Both the position numbers and the translations under genes were made by a program. The notes below the pieces were generated by a model. It was not told the DNA's origin and made no database searches. It worked only from the letters and a program-made list of their open reading frames with translations. A stretch of 64,000 nucleotides of DNA from the NCBI GenBank assembly GCA_038249055.1, contig JBBRWS010000001.1, forward strand, positions 78,244-142,243, in the 5' to 3' direction. Source of the DNA: Minisyncoccia bacterium (lineage in GTDB: Bacteria; Patescibacteriota; Minisyncoccia; Phycocordibacterales; UBA9973). Below, piece by piece: positions 9,712-19,493 of the stretch; within the stretch, counting starts at the first letter, position 1; every line of letters starts with the position of its first letter.

Positions 9712-10215
9712 TCATTCTTTTATTATTCCAAATCCATGAAAATCTAATATTTCTTGGGTTTGGTCATTACCATAATCAAGCATTTTTATTAAACCATTAA
9801 ATTCACAAAAATTCTCTGGTTTGAGAAAATCAATACTCTTTATTTCTCTTTTGATAATTTTCTTTAGAAATTTTACCCATCGAGGATTAGAAGAGTTAAA
9901 AACATTACCCCTTGGTTGAATTATTATATAACCAAATAAGAATGCTTTTATTACTGGCAATAATGTTTCTTCTTCTTGATGTTTCTTAAAATACAGATAC
10001 TCTCTTCTGTTTGAAGATAATATATGAAAGATATAAAAAGGAATAGATAATATTTTATTTTTACCATAACGATTAGCTTTCTCATTAAAAATACCTTCAT
10101 CTTTATATTTTAAAAAACATTTAATAAGCAGAACAAAATTTATCCACGGAATTTTGATAGCATAGTCTCCATGTATGAAGACCAGTCTGCTCAATCCTTG
10201 AGTAATAATCTTCAT
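9712..10215 (-). CDS. Minimal kinase-fold protein
   Basis: GLSRLV...AIKIP, RRE, DFLKPEN and LDYG motifs in 167 aa. Confidence 0.6.
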   Translation of the reverse strand: MKIITQGLSRLVFIHGDYAIKIPWINFVLLIKCFLKYKDEGIFNEKANRYGKNKILSIPFYIFHILSSNRREYLYFKKHQEEETLLPVIKAFLFGYIIIQPRGNVFNSSNPRWVKFLKKIIKREIKSIDFLKPENFCEFNGLIKMLDYGNDQTQEILDFHGFGIIKE

Positions 10216-10446
10216 AACTTTTTAAATTTTAGCTAGAAATTATGCGAATTTATCCATAGATTACTTTTTGTTTAGATAATTGTCAAATAAGTTAAGTCCA
10301 ATCCATATTCGAGTAAGGACCGTTTTTGCAAATTTATTGCACTAATCTAATTCATTACTATGTAATGATATTTTTAGTATACAAAAAAGCCCAGAATCAT
10401 ATTATTGGATTCTGGGCTTTTGTATTTTTAAGGCGTAGAGTATTGT

Positions 10447-10923
10447 TTATTGATTAAAGAATAGAACGCATTCTTCACCTTTTGGAATACTTGGAAGTTT
10501 CAGGGTTTTTTTATACCTGCAATTTTTTCCTTCGTATGATTCCGCTTCACCTCTCAAGATGAATGTTCTGGGATTATTTGTTGGACTTTTTTCAACCAAC
10601 TCTTTTCGTACAAAACGGAGAGAGATTTCTTTCCCATTCTTTGGATTAAAATCAAATATAAACATATTGATACCGCCTTTTTCATTAGGGTTTAATTCTC
10701 TTAATTTTCCCACAGTATTGGCAGGGATAACAAGAGAATCAACTCTTACCTCTGTTCTTATAAAAAAAACTGACGAACTTTTAATCTTGTAATCGTCAAG
10801 ATATTCAGTCCCAGCTATTTTTTGTTGCTCGGCGCAACTACAAAGATATAGAACTACAATGCTTAAAAAGGCAATTGGCATTAACACTTTAATTATCCAA
10901 GACCAAATTTTATTTTTCACCAT
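10447..10923 (-). CDS. Putative lipoprotein
   Basis: Hydrophobic N-terminus ending in LCSC lipobox-like sequence. Confidence 0.6.
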   Translation of the reverse strand: MVKNKIWSWIIKVLMPIAFLSIVVLYLCSCAEQQKIAGTEYLDDYKIKSSSVFFIRTEVRVDSLVIPANTVGKLRELNPNEKGGINMFIFDFNPKNGKEISLRFVRKELVEKSPTNNPRTFILRGEAESYEGKNCRYKKTLKLPSIPKGEECVLFFNQ

Positions 10924-11104
10924 GATATATAGCTTTAAATCATTTTATTTATATCCTCAAAATGAGAAACAAATAAAACTATGACATTTGGTGGTATTAA
11001 ATCATATTTATATTGTAGTGTCAATTTTAATTCAAATTTGATAAAGTCCATATTTGTGGTATAACGGGGGAAATAGATAAATCTTCACTTAAAAAACAAA
11101 CCTA

Positions 11105-11749
11105 ATGTATTTATACAAAAGTTTTATATTGCTCATTATCGGGATAATATTTTTTGCTAGTTGCGAAAAAGAAGCATCAGATGGTCCGACAGATTCATTG
11201 TATATTAAATCAGCCGGAATCGATGAGGCGAAAGTCCTATGTATCGATGGAAGAGAAAGGTATTATTTTCCGAATGATATTTTGTTTATAATTCCTGTAC
11301 TAAAAAGTACTCCAGAGATTTTAAATAATTCTATGCTTAAAATAGAAGATTTTAAAATTTTGTCCAATAATCAAGTAAATTTTACCGTATCGGAGATAGG
11401 TTCTGAAATGATCGTCGTACCCGCTTATAAGCTGCCGTTTTGTGATTCTGATTATGATTTTCAATCCGAAAGTGGTGTTAAAAAATTCAATGGTATTTTG
11501 AAATCTGGTGATTTTGTTTTTGCTGTAAAAGTTACAGATGAAAAAATTAATATCAAAATTTTAGATTTAAAAACGAACTATTTAACTACAACCATTGCGA
11601 GTTATAGCAATAATGCTTTAATATTTAAAGTTGGTGCTGAAATATGGCAATTATGGTTAAGTAAAATTTCCAACAGGGGTAATATTTTTCAGATGTTTGT
11701 AGAAGGGAAGGGTTATATTTGTTATTCTTTGTATTTAGCTAAAAATTAG
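11105..11749 (+). CDS. Putative lipoprotein
   Basis: Signal peptide with FASC lipobox followed by EKE. Confidence 0.7.
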   Translation: MYLYKSFILLIIGIIFFASCEKEASDGPTDSLYIKSAGIDEAKVLCIDGRERYYFPNDILFIIPVLKSTPEILNNSMLKIEDFKILSNNQVNFTVSEIGSEMIVVPAYKLPFCDSDYDFQSESGVKKFNGILKSGDFVFAVKVTDEKINIKILDLKTNYLTTTIASYSNNALIFKVGAEIWQLWLSKISNRGNIFQMFVEGKGYICYSLYLAKN

Positions 11750-11814
11750 TAGGTATAAATAAAAAAGGTCAATACTTAATAGTATTGACCTTTTTAATTT
11801 AGATTAATTCATCA

Positions 11815-12171
11815 TCATTTCTTTAATTTATTTATTAATTCAATAGTAAAAGGAAATTTACCCCAAATGGGTTGTTTGTATTTCTCCTTTATACCATCAA
11901 TATAATAATAACCAATCTCGGTTTTTTTAAGATTAATTACTGTAATTTTCTTTCTAACAACAACAGTGTTAATTGTAGCCAAAATAATAAAAATAAGGAC
12001 TAAAATTACAACTGTTACAAATATTAATTTCCAGTCTGGTTCTTTGTTTGTAATTACTACAAAGGCTAAACTAATGAAAATTAATATAACAGAAATTATT
12101 GAGATTACAAGAAACGCAGAGTTTACCGGTTCCTTTGATACAGATAAAAAATACCTTTTTATTGTTTTCAT
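11815..12171 (-). CDS. Hypothetical 2-TM membrane protein
   Basis: Two hydrophobic helices; terminator at ~11761-11795 shared with the convergent gene. Confidence 0.6.
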   Translation of the reverse strand: MKTIKRYFLSVSKEPVNSAFLVISIISVILIFISLAFVVITNKEPDWKLIFVTVVILVLIFIILATINTVVVRKKITVINLKKTEIGYYYIDGIKEKYKQPIWGKFPFTIELINKLKK

Positions 12172-12610
12172 CGGTTAGTTTTTTTTAAGTGAATTGATTA
12201 TTTAAAGAGAGTATTTTTTATAAATTTAACATTAGCATATATAACTGTCAATTTGACAGATTTTATAGAATATTTATAGATTTATATGTAGAGAGAACGA
12301 TGGTGCTTACATATTCATTATATTAATTCAATAAATATAACTTTTAGCATAAAAAAACCAATAATTACGTTTTTTACCATAGTAAATAAAACATTTATTT
12401 GGATGCTTGTCAATTTGACAGAGTTATACATATTTGATAGATTTTAGTCAAATCATGTTTCTTAAAAATGCTTACAAATTGTATTGCTTGAGAGCAAAAC
12501 ATGCGTTTTTACAAATTCGCCCAAAATATTAAAGACTCGGGGTAACCCACTCTATATATAAAAAACCAATTTTTTTCTAATTTTTATTTATTTACTTAAA
12601 TCATTCTATT

Positions 12611-13246
12611 ATGAAAAAGTTAATTTTTGTTTTGGCGATTATGTTCGCTACAGTTGCTTATGTGAATGCACAGACTCCTGTAAATTTTAATCTTTCGATG
12701 CAGGTTGCAAAGTACATTGAAACGACTACGGGCCCGCTTGCTTTTAATTTTGGAACAGCAACTCACAACGTGTACTATGGTGCTCCTGGGAACATGGATT
12801 TGTACTATCCGGCCACTGGATCATGGGATCTCGCTTATGCAAATTGTGGATTTTCTGTAACTCTTGCAGGTGACAATCCGGCTAGCCAAGGTGTTCCGCG
12901 TTTTGCTAAAGTAGAAGAAGGTACTCATGGAGCTGGGTGGGATGTTTTGAATACCGTTTACCAGATTGGTATTTGGACTAATGGTGAAGTTCAGAATGAT
13001 GCTTTTGGTCATGTTTGGGGATTTGGAGCAAGTTCATTTCCTAAGACAGCAAATTTTACTGAAACTCCTCACAATGGTCAGGTTAAAATGACAATGCTTG
13101 CACACGTGAACTCACACTGGCAGAATGATAAAGATGCCGGTATTCCAATCAGAGAAACAGTCATTAATCCTGCTTTCACTTACCAGCAGTCGGCCGATGA
13201 AGGAACCTACACAGCGAATATGGTTGTTACTTTGGTAGCTCTGTAA
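12611..13246 (+). CDS. Secreted fimbrial-subunit-like protein
   Basis: Signal peptide; beta-rich; C-terminal ADEGTYTANMVVTL strand typical of chaperone-usher/WxL-type subunits; followed by a terminator. Confidence 0.65.
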   Translation: MKKLIFVLAIMFATVAYVNAQTPVNFNLSMQVAKYIETTTGPLAFNFGTATHNVYYGAPGNMDLYYPATGSWDLAYANCGFSVTLAGDNPASQGVPRFAKVEEGTHGAGWDVLNTVYQIGIWTNGEVQNDAFGHVWGFGASSFPKTANFTETPHNGQVKMTMLAHVNSHWQNDKDAGIPIRETVINPAFTYQQSADEGTYTANMVVTLVAL

Positions 13247-13428
13247 TTATTAAGCATTTTTGTTAAAGTATCCTGTTAAAGGATTCTTAAATTTTAGAAA
13301 AGGCATCTCTATGAGGTGCCTTTTTTGCATCATGTAAATTTTGACAAAACATCAATATTATGATATATTCACAGCAAATTATTAGGATATTTGAAAGTTA
13401 AATACTAACTAAATGAAAGGAAAAAAGA

Positions 13429-13926
13429 ATGAAATTACTATTTGTTTTTGTTTTGTTAATACCAATACTTTGTTTATCTCAGGAAGTTGTATTGAAAAAT
13501 ATAAATATCCCTGGAGATAAAAGTTTAGGTGTTATAAATGGGGCAATATTGAGTGAAAACTTAATTGGTCCTCGTAAAGTAATTTTTGAGAAAAATCCAA
13601 ATCAAATGGTTCTACAAAAAATAGAAGAGAGAAAGTCTTTTCGTTTTGGACTAGAATCCTCTGATATGGATAAACTCAGCACTCTATATTCAGGAAAAAT
13701 ATTTTCTCCTGGAATAACTGAACCTTTTATCTTCGAGAATAAAACACCCGAAGAATTGTCAGTACTTGAAGTAGTTGTTTTTCCTGTAATATTGGAACAA
13801 CCATATACTTTATATATTGACTTGAAAGTTCAAGTTTCTTCAAAAACTGTTTCGGTGAATCAAATAGATTCTGATGACGCAGGAACTTATAATGCAAAAA
13901 TAACAATATATCTAACAGAAATTTAA
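13429..13926 (+). CDS. Second fimbrial-subunit-like protein
   Basis: Signal peptide; C-terminal DDAGTYNAKITIYL paralogous to the 12611 protein. Confidence 0.6.
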   Translation: MKLLFVFVLLIPILCLSQEVVLKNINIPGDKSLGVINGAILSENLIGPRKVIFEKNPNQMVLQKIEERKSFRFGLESSDMDKLSTLYSGKIFSPGITEPFIFENKTPEELSVLEVVVFPVILEQPYTLYIDLKVQVSSKTVSVNQIDSDDAGTYNAKITIYLTEI

Positions 13927-13937
13927 AAAAAGCTGGA

Positions 13938-15140
13938 ATGAAAAGAAAAATTTTATTTTGTTTAACGCTTATCTTATTTATAAGTTATGCGTATGCTGTA
14001 AAAGTGTCACCAGTTCGGTTTGATATGACTATTGCTCGTGGTGTAAGTCAAGAATTTGTTATAAATTTAACGGGTACTAAAGGGTCTTATAATCAGGATT
14101 TATTAATATATCCTTCAGACCTTTTTATGTCTCGTGTTGGAACTTTATCTTTTGACACTATTGTAGGAAATAAAAATTCTGCAATAAATTGGATAAAAAT
14201 GGAAAATAATAAAATTTCTTTACTTGAAGATCAGGCAAAAGAAATTAAATTTAAAGTTTCCATACCTTCCAATGCTACACCTGGAGAGTACTATGCTGTG
14301 ATTATGGTAGAACCTGATAAATTTACTAAAATTAAGGATGAGAAGAATCCTTATGCTTTTAAAATGAAAACAAGGGTCGCTGTAGTCGTGGTTTTAGATG
14401 TTCCCGGTAGAGCTTATGAAAAAAAAGGAGAAGTTACTGAAGTTAAAATTCTTGAAACAGACAGCATTGTAAAGATAGCTTCTACTTTTAAAAACACTGG
14501 TGATATACATCTAGATGTAGTTGCTGAAGCCATAATAAGGAGTGCAGATGGTAGAGTTAACTTTGGGAAGTTTGATTTAGGAGCTTTGAGTAGTTCAAAA
14601 AAAGAAGCTTTTATTTTTCCTGATGCTATGCGCGATTTTGAAGGAGCTCTCAGAAGGCAATTGCCGACTGGTGACTATATGGCAGAAGTGTCATATAACT
14701 ATGGTTATGACTTCAAAAAAGCCAAGCAAATTGAAAAATTTTCTGTAAAAAGGAAAATATCACTTAATGAAAACAGTAACGAATTCCTTAGTTTAAAAAA
14801 CGAGGAGTTGAGACTATTGATTCCAAAAGGTGGAAGGAGAACTCAAGTGGTCACAGTTACAAATACCGACTACAGAGTTTTGAATGTGGATATAGCATCT
14901 AGCGATTGGGTTCAAGCTACTCCAAGTATTTTGAATCTAAAACCTGGCGAAGTGCGTAATGTTATGCTTACAATTTCTGCAACTGATTACGATTTGTCTC
15001 AAGAAAAAGAGACGACTCTATCTTTTAAAACAGATAGAGGGAAAAGTGCTGAAATGAAAGTATTTATAACTGGATTGAAAGAAAATCTTGTGAAAAAAAC
15101 CGAAACAAAAAAAGAAGTTAGTCTAAACCTTAAAAAGTAG
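13938..15140 (+). CDS. Pilus chaperone-like Ig-fold protein (PapD/DUF916-like)
   Basis: VKVSPVRFD start, IPSNATPGEYYAVIMVE, FKNTGDIHL, LKPGEVRNV Ig-domain motifs. Confidence 0.65.
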   Translation: MKRKILFCLTLILFISYAYAVKVSPVRFDMTIARGVSQEFVINLTGTKGSYNQDLLIYPSDLFMSRVGTLSFDTIVGNKNSAINWIKMENNKISLLEDQAKEIKFKVSIPSNATPGEYYAVIMVEPDKFTKIKDEKNPYAFKMKTRVAVVVVLDVPGRAYEKKGEVTEVKILETDSIVKIASTFKNTGDIHLDVVAEAIIRSADGRVNFGKFDLGALSSSKKEAFIFPDAMRDFEGALRRQLPTGDYMAEVSYNYGYDFKKAKQIEKFSVKRKISLNENSNEFLSLKNEELRLLIPKGGRRTQVVTVTNTDYRVLNVDIASSDWVQATPSILNLKPGEVRNVMLTISATDYDLSQEKETTLSFKTDRGKSAEMKVFITGLKENLVKKTETKKEVSLNLKK

Positions 15141-15143
15141 GAA

Positions 15144-16454
15144 ATGAAAAAGTTAAGTTTAATTTTAGTAGTTTGTATCAGCATGCTTATAGTAAGCTGT
15201 GCTACAATTCGTGAACCTATCCCTGTTAACAAAAAAGTAACTTTGACTCAGGCAGAAATCCAAAGTTTGGAACAAACAGAAGACAATGCCACAGAGGTAA
15301 AGTATCTTTCGATAACAGAAGAACAAAAGGGTACCGCAACGCATCCTCTTGTAAGTAATGTATTTGTTGAGACCGACATTCGTGCCGTCTTGATGGATAT
15401 ATCTACTCAGTCAGGTGTTAATATAATTCCTGATAATACAGTTGAAGGCTCAGTATCACTTACTCTTAACAATGTATCTCTTGAAAAAGCATTCGATATG
15501 ATTTTGTATCCTGGTGGATACAAATATCGTTATGTACAAGATGGTAATTATTACATTGTGGGTAAATCACTTCCGGAGAATAGTAGTTTTGACGCATTAA
15601 CTGTTACAAAGGTGATTAAAACAAACAGAGGTGCTGAAAAGGTACTTTCTCAGTTATCTTCATTTTTTCAGTCGTTCGTTAAAGCTGATGGTCAGACTAT
15701 CACAATCACTGCAACTCCCGATATGATAAATCGTATTGAGAGAGATATCGCATTAATCGACAAGTCAAAAAGATTGATTGAAATATCGGCACAGTTTGTG
15801 ATGGTAGAGTGGAGTAAAGGTGTAAACCTTGGAGTACAATGGAGCGACATTAATTTGAGTGCCATTGGTATTGCAGACATTATAAAAGGTGGAGCGACCG
15901 CTATGTCTTCAAATCTTACTTCAAGTCTTAGTGCCTTTTTATCTTCAAATGGATACGACACTAAAATCAAAACAATCGCTGAGCCCAGGATTGTCGTAGA
16001 AGATGGTGAAAAAGCAGAACTGAACATTACCGAAGAGCATTTATTTTTAATACTCTCTGGTGGAGGTGCTGCTTATAACTATTTTACAACGAAGGAAGTA
16101 TCTGTAGGTATTAAACTGAAAGTACAACCCTTCGTTACTCGTGATGGTCAGGTTCGTCTAGCTATTAATCCCGAAGTTGCTGATATTATCGGCGAAAGGG
16201 AATTCAAGTCAAATGGTGGACCTAGTCAGAAGTTGCCTATAATTGCTCGTCGCTCTACTCAGACTACATTAAAAGTTCAGAATGGAGAGACAATAGCGAT
16301 AGGAGGTCTGATAACAAAAATGGATCAAAATAAGAAGAGTGGAATTCCATTCTTTCGCAAGATTCCATTAGTTGGTTTTGTTTTTGGAAGCCAAAATAAG
16401 GCAGCCAAAGAAACTGAATTGGTAATTTTTATCACTTCCAGGGTAATTGGTTAA
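15144..16454 (+). CDS. Secretin (GspD/PilQ family), lipoprotein
   Basis: LIVSC lipobox, N0-like domain, VGIKLKVQP, NGETIAIGGL, GIPFFRKIPLVGFVF, ELVIFIT. Confidence 0.92.
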   Translation: MKKLSLILVVCISMLIVSCATIREPIPVNKKVTLTQAEIQSLEQTEDNATEVKYLSITEEQKGTATHPLVSNVFVETDIRAVLMDISTQSGVNIIPDNTVEGSVSLTLNNVSLEKAFDMILYPGGYKYRYVQDGNYYIVGKSLPENSSFDALTVTKVIKTNRGAEKVLSQLSSFFQSFVKADGQTITITATPDMINRIERDIALIDKSKRLIEISAQFVMVEWSKGVNLGVQWSDINLSAIGIADIIKGGATAMSSNLTSSLSAFLSSNGYDTKIKTIAEPRIVVEDGEKAELNITEEHLFLILSGGGAAYNYFTTKEVSVGIKLKVQPFVTRDGQVRLAINPEVADIIGEREFKSNGGPSQKLPIIARRSTQTTLKVQNGETIAIGGLITKMDQNKKSGIPFFRKIPLVGFVFGSQNKAAKETELVIFITSRVIG

Positions 16455-16660
16455 ATTTAGTTAGTTATTTGAATAAAGAATGAATAAAAGAAGCAGTACA
16501 AGTGACTGCTTCTTTTTTAGTTTTATTTTTAATACAAACAATATTATAAAAATAATATTCTCGATGGCGGATAATAAAATGGAATGGACAAAAATTATAA
16601 TATGTGTTAAATTAATAAAAATATTGCTCGCAGTGCTTTGAACTCTAAAAATAAAATATT

Positions 16661-17074
16661 ATGAAAAATGTTTTTATTGGGTGTCACTCGGCACCTTCAT
16701 TTGTTAGTGAAGGTAAAACCTTTTTAATAAATCCTAGTTTTATTATTAACAACGAGTTAGAGTCAATATATTTTGATTGGGAAATAAAATGCATTAATGA
16801 ATTACCGGAAATTTCTTTGAGAGTCATAAAAATTACATCTGGCAGAGGTGCGCATATTACAGATATTTCAGAATATTTTATTTTTCCAGAAGAAAAAAAA
16901 TTTGCTGTAATTAAGGCTGTAAAACCTAGAATGAGTGCCATATTAAACACAAAATGTATAATTAAATTTGTAGAAAATATGATTATACCAATTGGAAAAT
17001 TTAGTATTGTTGCTGAAATTAGGTTCTGGGACCAAAGTAAAACTATTTCTCAAATTTTTCATTTAAGAAAATAA
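16661..17074 (+). CDS. Hypothetical protein
   Basis: 137 aa ORF with its own promoter-like and terminator-like flanks. Confidence 0.55.
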   Translation: MKNVFIGCHSAPSFVSEGKTFLINPSFIINNELESIYFDWEIKCINELPEISLRVIKITSGRGAHITDISEYFIFPEEKKFAVIKAVKPRMSAILNTKCIIKFVENMIIPIGKFSIVAEIRFWDQSKTISQIFHLRK

Positions 17075-17120
17075 TTAAAAAACGATATGGCTTTTGCCCT
17101 CTATCGTTTTTTATAGTTTT

Positions 17121-17475
17121 TGTAATATTACAGAGAGAATGAAAATCTTTTCGATTTACTAATCGTCTGACGCACGTGACGTAGGGAACAGAGACCGCGA
17201 GTACGCTTATCGAACCTTACAGGTTCAGTACACCTTTTCGTTTTGATTAACATCAAAAAACGAAAAGCTTTTCGATTCTCTGACGCAAGCAAAGCAGTTT
17301 GCTTGCTTAGGGTCACAACAAAAAAACCGACATAAGTCGGAATTTTTTGTGAGGGTTCTCGAGATAGAACCAGTTGGTTCATTGCCCAGTAAAGCTTGTT
17401 TTACTAATTTTACTTTAAAAGTTTTAACCTTCTCGTGAGACTATAAAAAGTGACAAAAGTGACAGTACTTAGGCA
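17121..17475. repeat. tRNA-Glu 3'-end-derived element, copy B
   Basis: TTCGATTCTCTG (17271) + 25-nt hairpin + TAGGGTCAC (17308); shares sub-modules and a ~160 bp tail with 601-935. Confidence 0.8.
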
Positions 17476-17482
17476 TATAAAG

Positions 17483-18787
17483 TTACTGACTAGTGTCATC
17501 TTTTCTTCTTTGAGCTTCTATAATATTATCTGATAATATTTGCCATTTACCTCTTTGGCCTCTAACCATTCTTTTTATAACAATATCATTTGCTTCTTCT
17601 AGATCAAACCCAGCAGGAATTTTTTGACCCTCTTGATTTTTAATTTTCTCAAATGCTTTATCCATATGCTCTTTTAATCCCTCTGGTACTTTGATATCTT
17701 GAGATGTATTTTTGTTATTAGAATTACCACCACTTAACCTCCATGAAGGTTTCATATCATCCCACAATCTAGTAGTTAAAAATCTATTATTATCTGGTGG
17801 GTACCACGCAAAACTGTATATACCTTGGCTCTTCTCTTCCTTGGATTTTAAATTATCAAAATACATATCTAATTCGGATAAATCTTTTTTTAAATCTTCA
17901 CCCCAAATAAATCTTTGGTCTGATTCCAAAAATAGAGGAACCGCTCTTTTGTGTAATTTATCTGATGAAGTAAATATATTAGTGAATGGTAGATAATAAA
18001 GATATGCAATATCTGCTCTATTACTTTTACGATCCCTAGATATTAAACCAGTGCTAGTGCATAAAATAAAAAATATATCTACTTTTAAAACATATGAAGC
18101 ATATGGTGCAAAAGATTGAATTGGAATCATATTTTCTTTATTCCACATACTTATTATTTCCTTAAATGCTTTGTCGTTAATATTAAGGAAATCTCTTACT
18201 AGTTTAAAAGTTTTATATCTATTACCATGACCTTTTACTATTTTATCTGCTGTATCATAAGCATCTTCTAGTGACTTAGGTTTTTTAAAATCTGAACCTA
18301 ATATATTTTGTATAAGATTCAAATAATAATCATAATCAAATTCTGCCAATAATTTTCTCCACAATGAAGCTGATTCTTTTTCAATTTCTTCAAACTCTTG
18401 TTTTTGCCATCTTTGAAAAGCTTTAATTTCTGGGTGTTGATCATACACAACACCACGTTTACCATTTTCCATAATATATGATTCTCCATGATTAAGTATC
18501 GGGTATCTTGAAAAACTAACTGGATAACCTAAAAGGTCACCGATACATAATTCTCTATGATGTGTGTTTGGACTAGGCCCCATTTCTGGAACTTTTTTTG
18601 ATATCACTTGAACAATTTCTTCTGCTGATCTTGTTTCTGACTCTTTGCTTAAATCAGCTAATGTTTCAATGTAAAATAATGGGGTTATTATTGAATGATA
18701 AAATGCATCAAGCCAAACAGCTTCATCTTCACTTAAAGATTGAAGTAATGATTTATCAAAAATTATTGTTGGTCCCAAGGCTGACAT
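17483..18787 (-). CDS. Putative PIN-like nuclease, defence-associated
   Basis: IIFDKS, ETLADL, ADIAYL, FTSSDK acidic spacing resembles PIN fold; last gene of the Thoeris operon. Confidence 0.55.
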   Translation of the reverse strand: MSALGPTIIFDKSLLQSLSEDEAVWLDAFYHSIITPLFYIETLADLSKESETRSAEEIVQVISKKVPEMGPSPNTHHRELCIGDLLGYPVSFSRYPILNHGESYIMENGKRGVVYDQHPEIKAFQRWQKQEFEEIEKESASLWRKLLAEFDYDYYLNLIQNILGSDFKKPKSLEDAYDTADKIVKGHGNRYKTFKLVRDFLNINDKAFKEIISMWNKENMIPIQSFAPYASYVLKVDIFFILCTSTGLISRDRKSNRADIAYLYYLPFTNIFTSSDKLHKRAVPLFLESDQRFIWGEDLKKDLSELDMYFDNLKSKEEKSQGIYSFAWYPPDNNRFLTTRLWDDMKPSWRLSGGNSNNKNTSQDIKVPEGLKEHMDKAFEKIKNQEGQKIPAGFDLEEANDIVIKRMVRGQRGKWQILSDNIIEAQRRKDDTSQ

Positions 18788-19492
18788 TTATATTTTATTA
18801 GAGGATGTTCCAATTATAGTAATAATTTCCTTAATTATTTCATAACTTTTTTCATAATTATTATCAAGTAATCTTTTATATAAATTTTGATATGATTTAA
18901 AATCAGAAGGTTGGGCTGTTTTTAAGTGAATAATATCATCTCTTAATTTAATTAATTCCATAAGCCCAATCCATCTTTCATAATCCTCAGCTATGTTAAT
19001 TCCTGTTAAATTTTTTATGACCTTTTTAATCTTATTTTCTATAGACCAGCTAGACTCTATTTCAGTTTTTGAAATGCGTTTATCTTTTTCATTATAAATA
19101 AAATCACTTGGTATAATTTGATTAATAAAAGATTCTAAAGATGTAATAGAAAAAATACAAAAATTAATATTCTGCAACAAAAGTAAATTTATTTTTTTAA
19201 CATCATTTTTTATTTCAACTTCAAGTCTTCTTATTTCCTCTAGACTTTTATATGTTGAAAAAAGATAAAACTCAATTGGATTTGGTGCTGGAAACATTAT
19301 GTTGGGGAATTTTACAGATCCTATATCTCCATGATTCATAACAAAAGTTGTCCCAGGTTCATGTCTTTTAAGTGGATCTTCAATAATTTCTCCGTCAAAT
19401 AAATGAGAAATATTTAATATGTCTTTTGGTTCAAGGTTTAAAGTTCTTGGTTTAAATCTTACTTGTATTTGGTTTGATTTTAGTTCACTCAT
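18788..19492 (-). CDS. Putative HEPN-domain protein
   Basis: LRDDIIH is an Rx4H motif; upstream SLESFIN helix. Confidence 0.6.
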   Translation of the reverse strand: MSELKSNQIQVRFKPRTLNLEPKDILNISHLFDGEIIEDPLKRHEPGTTFVMNHGDIGSVKFPNIMFPAPNPIEFYLFSTYKSLEEIRRLEVEIKNDVKKINLLLLQNINFCIFSITSLESFINQIIPSDFIYNEKDKRISKTEIESSWSIENKIKKVIKNLTGINIAEDYERWIGLMELIKLRDDIIHLKTAQPSDFKSYQNLYKRLLDNNYEKSYEIIKEIITIIGTSSNKI

Positions 19493-19493
19493 A

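Noticed and set aside
9684-9716. TGACCCTA...TAGGGTCA as a further tRNA-derived site
   Set aside because: Short match that is adequately explained as the terminator hairpin of the 9712 gene
17128-17382. 84-aa minus-strand ORF
   Set aside because: It lies wholly in the structured repeat copy B and has no protein-like features
601-17475. Classical integron with attC sites
   Set aside because: No tyrosine integrase, no RYYYAAC/GTTRRRY ends seen, and genes lie in both orientations
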